From NCBI GenBank assembly GCA_965215565.1, contig CBDCDZ010000004.1, positions 2,752,001 to 2,816,000 on the forward strand: a stretch of 64,000 bases of DNA, in the 5' to 3' direction. This DNA comes from Trueperaceae bacterium. Lineage in GTDB: Bacteria; Deinococcota; Deinococci; Deinococcales; Trueperaceae. Positions 9,469 to 19,569 of this stretch are shown here, in pieces (the first letter of the stretch is position 1; the number at the start of each line of letters is the position of its first letter). Under the pieces are notes generated by a model. It was not told the origin of the DNA. It worked only from the letters and a program-made list of their open reading frames with translations, and made no database searches. A program made the position numbers and the translations under genes.

Positions 9469-11761
9469 CTAAGCCTTGCTCAGATTCGCATACTTCACCA
9501 AGAGCCGCTTGAGTCCCGCACTTTTGAACGATACGGTGATTTCCGCTCTCGCGCCCTCACCCGATACACCGACGACAGTTCCCTCGCCAAACTTGGGATG
9601 CGTGACCTTTTCGCCGCCTCGGTAACTGGTCTCTTCACCTTGATTGGAGGTGCTTTCAACTTTGGGTGGGCTCCAAGTTGGGCGGCTGTATTTGCTAAGC
9701 CTCTTGGCGTCATGCATCTCCTGACCCAACACGTCGATTTCCATCAGCATACTTTTGGGTACGTCCTCCAAAAACCGACTCGGGCGGCTGAACTCGGTGC
9801 GCCCAAAGGTCATGCGCGACTCGCAATTGACCAGGTACAAGGCTTCTTGCGCTCTGGTAATGCCCACGTACAAAAGGCGGCGCTCCTCTTCAATCTCTTG
9901 CAAGCTCCCCGTCGAGTTGCGGTGTGGGATGAGGTTCTCCTCCATGCCGACTAAGAAAACGACGGGGAACTCCAAGCCCTTCGCGTTGTGCAGCGTCATA
10001 AGCGTGACGGCTTCTTCGGGTACATCGCCCTGGTTGACCGCTTTCACCGCGCGGTCGTCCAAACTCGCCATCAGCGAGGCTTCGTCCAAAAACTCGGCAA
10101 TCGAGCCGCCCGCCTCCTCTTGCCACTCGGCAACCGCGTTAATGAGTTCGTCCAGGTTTTCGATGCGCCCTTGCGCCTCGAAGGACTTTTCATCTTTTAG
10201 AGACTGTAAGTAGTTCGACTGGTCGAGCACGGCTTTTAAGAACTGTGCGGCGGGTAAAGTCTCGGCGGCTTCCTTGAGGTCGTCCATCAATTCGACAAAC
10301 TCAGCGATGCGCTTCACAGCGGGCGTACCGCGCAAAATCTCTTCGGCGTTTCGAAGAGCATCGGAGAACCGCTCGCGCCGCCGCGCTGCCCACGCGGTGA
10401 GGTTGTCCTCGCTCGTCTTGCCGATACCGCGTTTAGGACGGTTTAACACGCGCTTCCAGGCGATGTCGTCGGCAGGGTTTAAGGCGGCGCGGGCATAACT
10501 CAAAATATCCTTGACCTCGCGCCGCTCATAGAAGCCCACCCCGCCGACAATTTTAGCGGGGATGCTGGCGCGGCGCAGGGCTTCCTCCAGAACTCGCGAT
10601 TGCGAATTCATCCGGTACAAAATGGCGAAGTCGTTAGGGGTGAAGTCCTTTTCGGCCTGTAAAATCTCAATCTGCCGCGCCACGAAGTCCGCCTCGGCGC
10701 GGTGGTCTACGGCTCTATAGAGCTTGACCTTTTCCCCTTCGCCCTTGACGGGTTTGAGGTCTTTTTCTAAACGCCCTTCGTTGTGCAAGATGATGGCGTT
10801 GGCGAGTTGTAAAACGCTGTTGACGGAGCGGTAGTTGAGTTCTAAGCGGTAGACCTCTGCGTCTTCATAATCGTTACGAAAGTCTAAAATATTGCGAACA
10901 TCCGCGCCACGAAAGGCGTAAATCGACTGGTCGGGGTCCCCGACAGCCATCAAGTTGCGATATTTAGACGCCAACTGCCTCGTAAGCTGATACTGCGCCG
11001 TGTTCGTATCCTGGTACTCGTCCACGTGGATAAAAACCGCGCGTTGCTGCACCTTGTCGAGCACATCAGGGTAGCCCTCGAAAAGCTCCACGGTGCGCCC
11101 TAAGATGTCGTTGAAGTCTACGGCGTTGGCGCGGCGGAGCCTCGAGCCGTACCTTTCAAACCCCTCCACGATGAGTTCTAAAGGCATCCCCGAAATCATC
11201 GCCCCGAAGAAGCGCTCCCCCTCTTGCGCCAAATCTTGCGGCGTCCACAGGTTTGATTTCGCCCTGTCAATCAACGCTCGCAAAACTCGAGGGTTCGCCT
11301 CTCCCAACCCCTGTACCGACTCCAAAATCTCCTTTAAGACCTCCAACTGGTCCGTGTCGTCATAGATGGCAAAGCCCGGCTGGAGGTCAATCAACTCGCC
11401 GTAATGCCGCAAAATCCGCAAGCACGCCGAGTGAAAGGTGCTGACCCAGAGGTCTTTTGCTTTAGGTCCCATGAGGTGCGCCACGCGCTCTTTAAGCTCG
11501 CCCGCCGCCTTGTTGGTAAACGTCACTGCCAAAATTTCTTGTCGGGTAGACCTCTTGCGCCTCCATCAAGTAGGCGATGCGGTGCACGACGGTGCGCGTC
11601 TTGCCCGAGCCCGCGCCCGCGATGACCAGCGCGGGTCCTTGAAAGTGGCGGGCGGCGGCGCGTTGCTCCTCGTTGAGAACGTCTAGGAGGGGGTGCTCAG
11701 TCTCGGCGTGAGTTTCTAATCGGGTTGCTGGCGTAACTGGGTTTGGAGCAGTATCAGACAC
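9469..11761 (-). pseudogene. pcrA: UvrD/PcrA ATP-dependent DNA helicase, interrupted by a 1-nt frameshift near 11542
   Basis: ORF 11492..11761 has LNEEQ and [11 protein letters not shown] 9469..11532 continues with [36 protein letters not shown] and a C-terminal Tudor-like tail. May be a sequencing error. Confidence 0.85.
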
Positions 11762-11830
11762 TGAGCCATCATAACGTTTGTAAAGAGGTGGGGCGGTTGA
11801 TGGGGGAGAGGTGCGTGTGAGAGGGTGAAA

Positions 11831-12286
11831 CTAGGGCTCGAGCCCCTCTTCTCTCGAATGAGCCCGCCGCAGTAGAAAGAAATAGACCGCACCTATGTAG
11901 GCTACGAGGACGCTTATGGCCTGTGACTGTTCATCTAATGAAGCCCACCGAACCCTCAAGAGGTCATAACTGAAAATTAGGAAATATAAGCTCATGATGA
12001 TGACGAACTTCGCAAAATATCTTTGCCACCTCAAAGACGATAGGCGTTGTTCAACGTTGCTGTTTTCCTCATCCGTTGCTAAGTAGCCGGCGAGACCAGC
12101 AAAGAACATCGAACAGATTAGAAAGAACGAATGATTCTCGCGTACAAACGCAATATCGACACGTGGACCGCCAGCGAGGTAAACGGCGAATCCTACGAAA
12201 GCGGCTGCGTAAAACCACCTAGAACCTGCCTCCGTGAGTAAAAGGATAGTGGCGATAACGCAAATGGAGCTAGCAAGCAGAAGCAT
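11831..12286 (-). CDS. Hypothetical membrane protein
   Basis: 151-aa ORF with several hydrophobic segments; lower GC. Confidence 0.55.
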   Translation of the reverse strand: MLLLASSICVIATILLLTEAGSRWFYAAAFVGFAVYLAGGPRVDIAFVRENHSFFLICSMFFAGLAGYLATDEENSNVEQRLSSLRWQRYFAKFVIIMSLYFLIFSYDLLRVRWASLDEQSQAISVLVAYIGAVYFFLLRRAHSREEGLEP

Positions 12287-12364
12287 TACATAAAAAAGTT
12301 TAGCAAGAGGTTTACTTTACCTCGGTGACAGTTTCTGCCTCACAGAGATACTGTAAAATACCCC

Positions 12365-12904
12365 ATGACCCAAGCGGTGCGCTTCACCTACGAAGACTTG
12401 CAGCATTTCCCTGAGGACAACAAGCGGCGGGAGTTAATTGATGGAGAGGTCTACGTGACGCCAGCCCCTAATATTCGACATCAGCGCGTCGTTGGCAATC
12501 TTTATCGCTTAGTTGGCAACTTCTTAGAGGAGAACCCATTGGGTGAAGTTTTTGTTTCACCTGCGGACGTTATATTTTCTGAGGAAGACGACGATGTCAC
12601 CGAACCCGATATTATCTATCTCTCTAAAGAGAAAGCGGATAAGGTTAGTCAGCGGAGCATCGAAGGCGCACCCGACTGGCTCATCGAAGTGACCTCACCC
12701 TCCACGCGCAAGCGTGATTTCACATTAAAACTCAAGCTTTATCAGAAGTACGGCGTGCGCCTCTACTGGATTATCGACTTAGACGCGGAGATGATTCACG
12801 TGTGGGACGAGGGAGAGCATGAGGTCTATGAGGCGGACGATGTGGTTCAAGGCAAGATGTTGCCGGGCCTCGAGCTAAACGTCTCCACCCTCCTCATGCT
12901 CTAA
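12365..12904 (+). CDS. Uma2 family endonuclease (DUF820)
   Basis: ELIDGE, PAP..HQ, EPDI, APDWLIEVTSPS, K..LY...GV..YWI motifs. Confidence 0.93.
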   Translation: MTQAVRFTYEDLQHFPEDNKRRELIDGEVYVTPAPNIRHQRVVGNLYRLVGNFLEENPLGEVFVSPADVIFSEEDDDVTEPDIIYLSKEKADKVSQRSIEGAPDWLIEVTSPSTRKRDFTLKLKLYQKYGVRLYWIIDLDAEMIHVWDEGEHEVYEADDVVQGKMLPGLELNVSTLLML

Positions 12905-12915
12905 GTGACCTCTTT

Positions 12916-13572
12916 GTGATTCGCACTGTTTGCTTCGACTTTGACGGAACTTTGGCGCATTTTACTGGAAATTTCGATGACCTCTTGAACAAAAGCTACA
13001 CCAAACTAGGTTTAGACCCTCGAAAACGCGACATTGTGCTAACTGAGTACGCCAAGCAGCTTCGCAGAGACGGCGCGGTGACCTCTTTAAGTGCACTTGA
13101 GGCAACACTCGAGCGCTTAGATTTACATTCTAGCGCTGATTTGAAAGCTGTTCATACGGAATTTGTTCAGGCTTACCGTGAGCAAATGGAACTTTTGCCG
13201 AGAGCGAAAGAGGTGTTGGAATTCTGTTCAGAGCGCGTTCCTTGTGCGCTCATTACCAACGGCCCTGAAAACATGCAACGCGCTGCGACCCAAGAGGTCG
13301 GGGTTGCCGATTACTTCCAGACCATCCTCATTTCAGGAGCGCAAGAGGTCGCGGTGCGCAAACCTAGTGCGCGGATTTTCAGACTGGCGTGCGAGCGTTT
13401 GGAGGTTTCGCCAGAAGAGGTGTTGATGGTGGGGGACGATCTCAAGGCGGACGTGCGGGGTGCGCTCAATGTCGGCATGAAAGCGGTTTATGTCGGGTCG
13501 GAAGAGGTGAAGGGCCCCCAACACGCCGCTGACCTCTTCACACTCAAAGACTACTTGCGCGACCTCTTATAA
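12916..13572 (+). CDS. HAD family hydrolase
   Basis: DFDGTL, ITNG, RKP and GDD..AD motifs. Confidence 0.92.
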   Translation: MIRTVCFDFDGTLAHFTGNFDDLLNKSYTKLGLDPRKRDIVLTEYAKQLRRDGAVTSLSALEATLERLDLHSSADLKAVHTEFVQAYREQMELLPRAKEVLEFCSERVPCALITNGPENMQRAATQEVGVADYFQTILISGAQEVAVRKPSARIFRLACERLEVSPEEVLMVGDDLKADVRGALNVGMKAVYVGSEEVKGPQHAADLFTLKDYLRDLL

Positions 13573-13614
13573 AAAAGCCTCAGCGTGCTGCTGAGGCGGT
13601 GAATCACTCGTCGT

Positions 13615-13761
13615 TTAGTGCTCGCCCTCTTGTTCGCTCATGTCCTGCGTGCCGTCTTCGCCCGGCTCGCCTTGAATGCGGTCGTAGGGGTCGTCACAAG
13701 CGATGAGTGTGAGGCTCGAGAGGATGAGTAATAAGGAGAGGATACGTTTGATTCGTTTCAT
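13615..13761 (-). CDS. Small acidic lipoprotein (48 aa), absent from ORF track
   Basis: MKRIKRILSLLLILSSLTLIAC-DDPYDRIQGEPGEDGTQDMSEQEGEH; TAGAAT -10 lies 6 nt upstream; terminator at 13571-13597. Confidence 0.75.
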   Translation of the reverse strand: MKRIKRILSLLLILSSLTLIACDDPYDRIQGEPGEDGTQDMSEQEGEH

Positions 13762-13820
13762 GGGGTTATTCTAACGCGAAAAGCGCAGCCGCGAAGCTGC
13801 GCTCACTCTGCGTGTAAAGC

Positions 13821-13961
13821 TCAGAGAAGGTTGAAAACAGCGGGTACGGCGGCGTAGCTCTGCGACGCAGGTACGTTGCCTTCGTCCTCGTCTTCGCCGC
13901 CCTCACACGCTGCCAAACCTAAAACCAAAATGAGTAAAAGTGGAAATAAAACTTTTTTCAT
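13821..13961 (-). CDS. Small lipoprotein (46 aa), absent from ORF track
   Basis: MKKVLFPLLLILVLGLAAC-EGGEDEDEGNVPASQSYAAVPAVFNLL; AGGGG RBS; terminator at 13779-13803. Confidence 0.75.
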   Translation of the reverse strand: MKKVLFPLLLILVLGLAACEGGEDEDEGNVPASQSYAAVPAVFNLL

Positions 13962-14084
13962 ATCCGCCCCTTTCGACTCTTAGTGTAGAGGTAAGGTAGA
14001 TGAGCCTAATGAATACTTTCTTACAATCCGCGCCCGGAAAAGCGTAGAGGTTACGGCAGGCGAAACTAGGGGTAAACTAACCTC

Positions 14085-14504
14085 ATGACTGACCAGCAGA
14101 CCGATAAGAAAACCGAGCGTGACAAGGCGTTTTACGCCGCGTGGCAAGAGGTGCTGACGTGGATGCGCGAGTACGCCGAGTCGCGTGAGGAAGCCATCTT
14201 CGAAAAAGAGGCGGACTTCCCCGACTACATCTACCGCATGGAGCGCCCTTACGACTTGCCCACCACGACCATGAGCGCGAGCTTGTCGCGCCCCGACGGG
14301 CATCCCGTTTTGATGGTGAACGCGAGTCCGCGTCATACCGTGTTCAAAGAGGTCGTGGTGCATCCTTTCGAGTCGCACACGTACCGCAAGCTCTCCTATC
14401 TGCCGAGCAAAAAGGCGCTGGCTGAGGGGAAGCGTCCTTTTGACAAGGCGCGACTTTTCGACCTGGCGGATTCGCTCTTCGAGGTGGAAGCCGACGCGGA
14501 GTGA
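14085..14504 (+). CDS. nqo15: NADH-quinone oxidoreductase subunit 15
   Basis: WMREYA...FEKEADFPDYIYRMERPYDLPTT closely matches Thermus Nqo15 as recalled. Confidence 0.92.
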   Translation: MTDQQTDKKTERDKAFYAAWQEVLTWMREYAESREEAIFEKEADFPDYIYRMERPYDLPTTTMSASLSRPDGHPVLMVNASPRHTVFKEVVVHPFESHTYRKLSYLPSKKALAEGKRPFDKARLFDLADSLFEVEADAE

Positions 14505-14689
14505 GCGAGGCTTCGCAAGCCAAGCTCCTCAAAGCGGCGCAGGGTGGGCGCTGCGGCGCGTGCACCTATGCCAAGCTCATCCAAAGCAGTAGGGCGAGCC
14601 TCTTTTTGCTGTGCACGCACCCTGACTTGCCCAAATATCCGAATGTGCCGGTTTTGCAGTGTGCGGGATTTGTAAAAGCTACACGTTAA
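14501..14689 (+). CDS. Small Cys-rich hypothetical protein
   Basis: GTGA overlap with nqo15; CGAC...LC...PKYP..PVLQC pattern suggests metal binding. Confidence 0.65.
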   Translation: MSEASQAKLLKAAQGGRCGACTYAKLIQSSRASLFLLCTHPDLPKYPNVPVLQCAGFVKATR

Positions 14690-14772
14690 GACGCGCCTTT
14701 GACGTATACCCTTAGGGTCCGCGTTATGCAATTTTCCATAAACTCACGCGCCGCCGTGTCATATCTTCGGGC

Positions 14773-16098
14773 ATGAGGTGGAGAGTGCAAAGCTCAATCG
14801 CGGGCGTATTTCTAACGGCTCTACTGGCGAGTGCGCTACTCGCCAGTTGCGGCGGCGCTGGAAATTCTGATCAACCGGGTGGGCAACCTGAGCCCGGTAC
14901 TACGGACCTCACGGTTGGGGCGAGCGGGGCGGCGTGGGCGGCATATAGGGATGGGGACGGCGCGTGGCAAGTCTTAGAGGGTGAGGCGCGCTACGTGTTG
15001 GCGCTGGAGCACCCCGCAGGACGCTACAGCGTCGCGCACGTCTGCGCTTCTGAATTGGATGCGGGTGAAGAGGTAGAGGCTGCGCGTGAGGTCACGGTGT
15101 CGCTCCTCTACGCGACGTTAGCCGCGCGCCCTGAGGTTGCGACGCCTTGCGCTGACGAGACCGAGAGCGACTTCTACACGCTTTCAGGAACAGTGAACGG
15201 GCTCGAGGCGGGCGAAACGGGTCTTGTGTACGGTCAGTTTTTGGCGGACGCGGTCACAGCGGACGCGCGCGAGTACAGCTTAGCGGGCTTTACGGCGGGC
15301 GAGTATGACCTCTTGGTCACGGTGCAAACCACGGTGCAAGATACGCCCGACGCCCCCGCGTCGGTCCTAACGCCGCCGAACGAAGTGCTCGTTCGGCAGG
15401 GCATCGCGGTACAGGGCGACGAAACCCTGAATTTAGACCTCGGTCAAGCCGCCCCGACGACGCTCAAGAACGTGCGCGTCGAGGGCGCTCCCCCGGACGG
15501 CGAGGTCAGCTCGAGCCTCTCGCTGACCACCGAGCGCGGCACGAGCGCTCAGCTAGGGGGGTTCGCCGCGTCGGGCGCGGAGGCGGCTTCGTTCGACTAC
15601 GCCGCGCTGCCCACCTTGCCCGAGGGGACGGCTTACCGCGTGTCGGTGGAGAGCTTCTCTGAAGATGAGCGGGGCGAGCGGCTCGCAACCTCTTTCCAGC
15701 GCACCTTCACCGCGCCCGAAGACCTCACGCTGAGCGTGCCAGATACGTTAGGGGCGGCGGCGCTAAGCTCAGACGAAGGGCGTCCGACCTTGACCTGGAG
15801 CGCCTACCGAGAGGGTGCAGACTACCACGCCATATTTGAGGATTCGAACGACGACGCAGGCGAGACGCGCTACCTCGTCGCTCTAGACGCGGCGTGGTTG
15901 CCTTCAAGCGCGAGCGAGTTGAGCTACACCGTGCCCGACTTTCGCGAGTTGCCTGGCTGGAACAACGCCTGGACGCTCGGCTCAGACCTCTTCTGGACGC
16001 TGGAGGCTCGCACCGAAAGTGAGCGCGAAGAGGTGGTGGTGAGCCGCTCGAGCGCGGTCTCCGCTGCAACCTCTGAGCCCAGTACAACCGGGCCCTGA
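14773..16098 (+). CDS. Hypothetical acidic lipoprotein, beta-rich
   Basis: Lipobox LLASC; 441-aa ORF. Confidence 0.75.
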   Translation: MRWRVQSSIAGVFLTALLASALLASCGGAGNSDQPGGQPEPGTTDLTVGASGAAWAAYRDGDGAWQVLEGEARYVLALEHPAGRYSVAHVCASELDAGEEVEAAREVTVSLLYATLAARPEVATPCADETESDFYTLSGTVNGLEAGETGLVYGQFLADAVTADAREYSLAGFTAGEYDLLVTVQTTVQDTPDAPASVLTPPNEVLVRQGIAVQGDETLNLDLGQAAPTTLKNVRVEGAPPDGEVSSSLSLTTERGTSAQLGGFAASGAEAASFDYAALPTLPEGTAYRVSVESFSEDERGERLATSFQRTFTAPEDLTLSVPDTLGAAALSSDEGRPTLTWSAYREGADYHAIFEDSNDDAGETRYLVALDAAWLPSSASELSYTVPDFRELPGWNNAWTLGSDLFWTLEARTESEREEVVVSRSSAVSAATSEPSTTGP

Positions 16099-16122
16099 CC
16101 CCGCTGCGGCGCGTAAGATGAA

Positions 16123-16297
16123 TAGCAGCGCAACGTGCTGAGATGCAATGTCGCAGGTCTCATCCTGCAATGTGAGAGCTAGTCGGTACTTTATCGGGTG
16201 AGAGCGTTTATGACCACCGCTGCTACGCAGAGACTTCGTGAACCGAACGCAGTGAGACAGACTTTGATTGAGCGAAGCTATACGAAGTAACCTGCTA
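16123..16297 (-). repeat. MITE-like dispersed repeat, copy 5 (degenerate, with insertions)
   Basis: Reverse complement reads TAGCAGGT[TACTTCGTATAGCTTCGCTCA]ATCA...AACGCTCTCAC...GATGAGACCTGCG...GCTGCTA. Confidence 0.75.
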
Positions 16298-16307
16298 AGA
16301 TAGCGCT

Positions 16308-16910
16308 ATGGACAAACTGAGCTGGTTAAGCGTACCCGAACGAGACGCCTTGCCCGAGGACGTGCAGTCGCTCTTCGGCAAAGCGGAGGAGAAGATGGGG
16401 CTCATCCCCAACGTCTTCAAGGTCTTCGCGCTCACGCCGCAACACTTCATGAAGTGGTTTAAGTACTACGACTTTTTGATGAGGAGCGAGGAGAGCGAAC
16501 TCTCGAGGGCTGAACGCGAGATGATCGCCCTAACCGTGTCCGCCGAGAACCGCTGCGAATACTGCTTAGGCTCGCACAGCGCCTACTTGCGTGAACTCGC
16601 AGACGACCACATCAAAGCCGACGTGATAACCCACAACTACCGCCGCGCTGAGCTTTCAGAGCGCGAACGCGCCCTTTTAGACTTCGCCGTTAAACTCACC
16701 AACAACTCCTTCGAGATGTCACCTGATGACCTCGCCCCGCTTCGTGAGATAGGTCTGTCGGACGAGACCATCTTCGAGGCGGCGCAGGTGGCGGCGATGT
16801 TCAACTTCACCAACCGCCTCGCCAACGCGCTCGGCTGGAAACCCAATGACGAATACTACAGCCAACACCGTCAAGTTGAGCCTCTTAAAGAACCCGTCAG
16901 TACCGACTAA
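16308..16910 (+). CDS. Peroxidase-related enzyme (AhpD/CMD family)
   Basis: PNVF, EREMIA..VS..NRCEYC..SH and FNFTNR motifs. Confidence 0.92.
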   Translation: MDKLSWLSVPERDALPEDVQSLFGKAEEKMGLIPNVFKVFALTPQHFMKWFKYYDFLMRSEESELSRAEREMIALTVSAENRCEYCLGSHSAYLRELADDHIKADVITHNYRRAELSERERALLDFAVKLTNNSFEMSPDDLAPLREIGLSDETIFEAAQVAAMFNFTNRLANALGWKPNDEYYSQHRQVEPLKEPVSTD

Positions 16911-17968
16911 GCGACCTGGCGCGTCAGTCGTTCGGCTAAGCCTTCTGCGAGGTGCGCCGCGCATAAGAAACCGCGCCCCGCTAACGCGCCAAAAAACCAT
17001 ACGCCGCGACGCACCTCTTTGACCACGGGCAGGTTATCCGCCGTCTTCGCGCGGACGCCCGTCCACACGGAGCTAAGCTCCGCCTCTTTAAGCGCAGGAA
17101 CAAACCAACTTCCGGCTCGCTGAAGCTGCGCGGGCGCGGTCTCGTCCGTTTGCTCGGCGGCGCGGTGATTGCCGCCGAGGTAGACCTCGCTGCCGACTCG
17201 CGCGCCGTAAATTGCGCCCGCCAAGGCGTGCGGCAACTCGGCGTTCGTCTCTAAGCGGATGACCTCGCCTGCGACGTGCTCGAGCCTTCCCACTCCCAAA
17301 GTGTGTTCGACCTCCGAGTTCGCGCCGACGCAGTAGATGACGGTTCTGGCGCTAAAGGTTTCGCTCGAGGTTTTGACCTTTTGAATAAGACTGCCCTGAA
17401 AAAACCTGTCCTGACAAAAATTGTCTTGACGCACCTCTTGAACGTCGCAGTGTTCAATGACATTCGCGCCCTTATACTTGGCTGCTGCGATTAGGGAAGA
17501 GAGGAATTTGTGAGGCTCTAACCAGCCTCCTTGTTCTACTAAAAACCCACCAAACGGTGCGTGATAGCCCTTTGGCACCTCTTCACTCTCCAACCACCTC
17601 ACGCCCTCACGCTTACTCCAGGTCTTCGCTTGCTTGTTATTCGACGCGATTCGCAATACGCCGTTTTGGTGAATACCGTGCTCTAAACCCACCGCTTCAA
17701 GCTCTCGGGCGAGCCGCCCCATCGCCGCCAAACCCGCTAAATCGAGGTCATTCGCGCGCGCGCTCCGCCCCCGGTATGGATTTAAGAGCGCCACCGGCAC
17801 CGACGACGCGCCCGCCAGACCGATTTCATCTCTTTCGGCGAGCATCACGCTTGCGCCGCGCTTGCTGAGCGCGTAGGTAAGCGCGCAGCCCGCCACACCC
17901 CCGCCGATGATGAGATAATCAGTGGTGTCGGGCGAAGCGGGATATTTGTCCGTTTTCAGAGCAGGCAC
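16907..17968 (-). CDS. FAD-dependent oxidoreductase (DAO / MnmC C-terminal-like)
   Basis: IIGGGVAG, GAS, WTGVRA...D.LP and GRG motifs. Confidence 0.85.
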   Translation of the reverse strand: MPALKTDKYPASPDTTDYLIIGGGVAGCALTYALSKRGASVMLAERDEIGLAGASSVPVALLNPYRGRSARANDLDLAGLAAMGRLARELEAVGLEHGIHQNGVLRIASNNKQAKTWSKREGVRWLESEEVPKGYHAPFGGFLVEQGGWLEPHKFLSSLIAAAKYKGANVIEHCDVQEVRQDNFCQDRFFQGSLIQKVKTSSETFSARTVIYCVGANSEVEHTLGVGRLEHVAGEVIRLETNAELPHALAGAIYGARVGSEVYLGGNHRAAEQTDETAPAQLQRAGSWFVPALKEAELSSVWTGVRAKTADNLPVVKEVRRGVWFFGALAGRGFLCAAHLAEGLAERLTRQVA

Positions 17969-17993
17969 GAAACCAGTATAAATTTATTAGGAG

Positions 17994-18461
17994 ATGTCTA
18001 TGTACCCTTTACTTTTATGGCTTCACAGCGTCACGCGCTGGATCGTGCTGTTGGGCGGCGTGGCGGCGCTCGGTACTGCGTATTCAGGGCTTTTCAGCAA
18101 GCGTGCCTACAGCGGCGTAGACAAGGCGACGGGCGTCTTTTTCACGGCGTCGTTCGGGTTGCAAGTGGTGCTTGGGCTCATCCTCTACTTCATCAGCCCC
18201 TGGGGGCTACAAGCGCTCTTTGCGCTCGATACGGCGGGCGACAACCGCGCCCTACTCATCTTTTTCGGCGTCTACCACATCACCATGATGCTCATCGCGC
18301 TCGTGGTGGCGCAGCTCGGGTACTCCCGCGCCAAACGCGCCGCGACAGACCGCTTAGCCTTTCGCAACGCGGCGATAGGCTACACGGTGGGTTTGCTGCT
18401 CGTCTTTTTGGCGATTCCTTGGGGTATTCGCGAGTTGTGGCCGACGGTGCAGCCTTTTTAA
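17994..18461 (+). CDS. Conserved 4-TM membrane protein
   Basis: LHS..RW, Q..LGLILY, H...MLIA and AIPW motifs; AGGAG RBS. Confidence 0.8.
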   Translation: MSMYPLLLWLHSVTRWIVLLGGVAALGTAYSGLFSKRAYSGVDKATGVFFTASFGLQVVLGLILYFISPWGLQALFALDTAGDNRALLIFFGVYHITMMLIALVVAQLGYSRAKRAATDRLAFRNAAIGYTVGLLLVFLAIPWGIRELWPTVQPF

Positions 18462-18583
18462 TTCTTTCGAACCTCTCGAGTGCTCACCCTGCGGTGCTAT
18501 CAACCCTCTGTGAAGAGGCGAGGCAGCTTTACGGTATAATTCTTTTCTGTCAACAAACTGTCAATATAGTGTAAACTTGTGTT

Positions 18584-18955
18584 ATGAGCGACACTGCGAC
18601 CAATTTGATGTTCGGTGTGCCAACCATTCACGACGAGACGGGTGACATCCAAGTTGCTGAATTAGCGAGCCTGTTCGAGGTCAGTCAAGCGCAGCTTGCC
18701 CGCATGTCGGGTCTAAGCCGGCAACTCCTCCACCAATCTCCACGCTCGGTCAAGGTGCAGCGTGCACTAAGGCGTTTAGAATATCTCTTCGCAAGAACCC
18801 GCAACCTCACCGGCTCGCCCGTCAACGCCCGCATCTGGCTCAAAATGGGGCATCCTGACCTAGAGGGGGTCGCGCCCATTGAACTGTTAGAAGAGGGGCA
18901 TACCGGCGCGATCGAGGACTTTCTTCTCGCCACCGAGATGGGCTTGCCTCGTTGA
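18584..18955 (+). CDS. Xre/MbcA/ParS-type antitoxin
   Basis: N-terminal HTH (SQAQLARMSGLSRQ) and C-terminal ARIWL...HPDLEG..PIELL. Confidence 0.85.
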   Translation: MSDTATNLMFGVPTIHDETGDIQVAELASLFEVSQAQLARMSGLSRQLLHQSPRSVKVQRALRRLEYLFARTRNLTGSPVNARIWLKMGHPDLEGVAPIELLEEGHTGAIEDFLLATEMGLPR

Positions 18956-19506
18956 GCGATTTAGCGCGTTTGGCTTCGCTCGAGCCTTTCGTCCTGACAG
19001 GTACAGCCTTCCGCGCTGTGAACCTGCGCTATGTCGAGACGCCACTCTCCGCTATAGGCTCGATTCTTGCGGGTGGGCGTTACAACCCCAAGGGCGCGTT
19101 TGAGGTGCTCTATCTAGCGGAGAATGCGACGACGACGCTGCTCGAGGTGCAGTTTGCTGCAAGCAGCGGCGGACGCTTCCAGGCTGAGCCTAAAGACCCT
19201 TACGTTATTTTCAGTATCGCCTTTCGCCTTCAGCAACTTGTCGATTTGCAAGGTTCCCAAAATCTCACCGACCTAGCGCTATCACCGGAAGACCTCCAGA
19301 AGCCCTGGCGCTTAAAGCAGGCGCGTGGTGAGCCCGTACTCACACAGGAGATAGGTCAGATGCTATTTGAGTTCGGTCTCGAGGGCTTCAAGTATCCGTC
19401 GGCAACCGACGGCTCAGCGAACTTGGCGGTGTTCCCTGACAACCTTAAACCGGGGAGCTATCTGGAGATCAGTTGGGACGAACGTACTCTCGCGAGGGTG
19501 TCGTAG
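18952..19506 (+). CDS. RES domain toxin
   Basis: GGRYNP, LYLA, LLE, TQEIG, YPS and NLAVFP; overlaps the antitoxin stop. Confidence 0.9.
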   Translation: MSDLARLASLEPFVLTGTAFRAVNLRYVETPLSAIGSILAGGRYNPKGAFEVLYLAENATTTLLEVQFAASSGGRFQAEPKDPYVIFSIAFRLQQLVDLQGSQNLTDLALSPEDLQKPWRLKQARGEPVLTQEIGQMLFEFGLEGFKYPSATDGSANLAVFPDNLKPGSYLEISWDERTLARVS

Positions 19507-19569
19507 TGCAGCATCTCTATCAGAAAACTGGCTGTACCGAGATAAAGCGCAAGTTGAGCGGGCTCGAGC

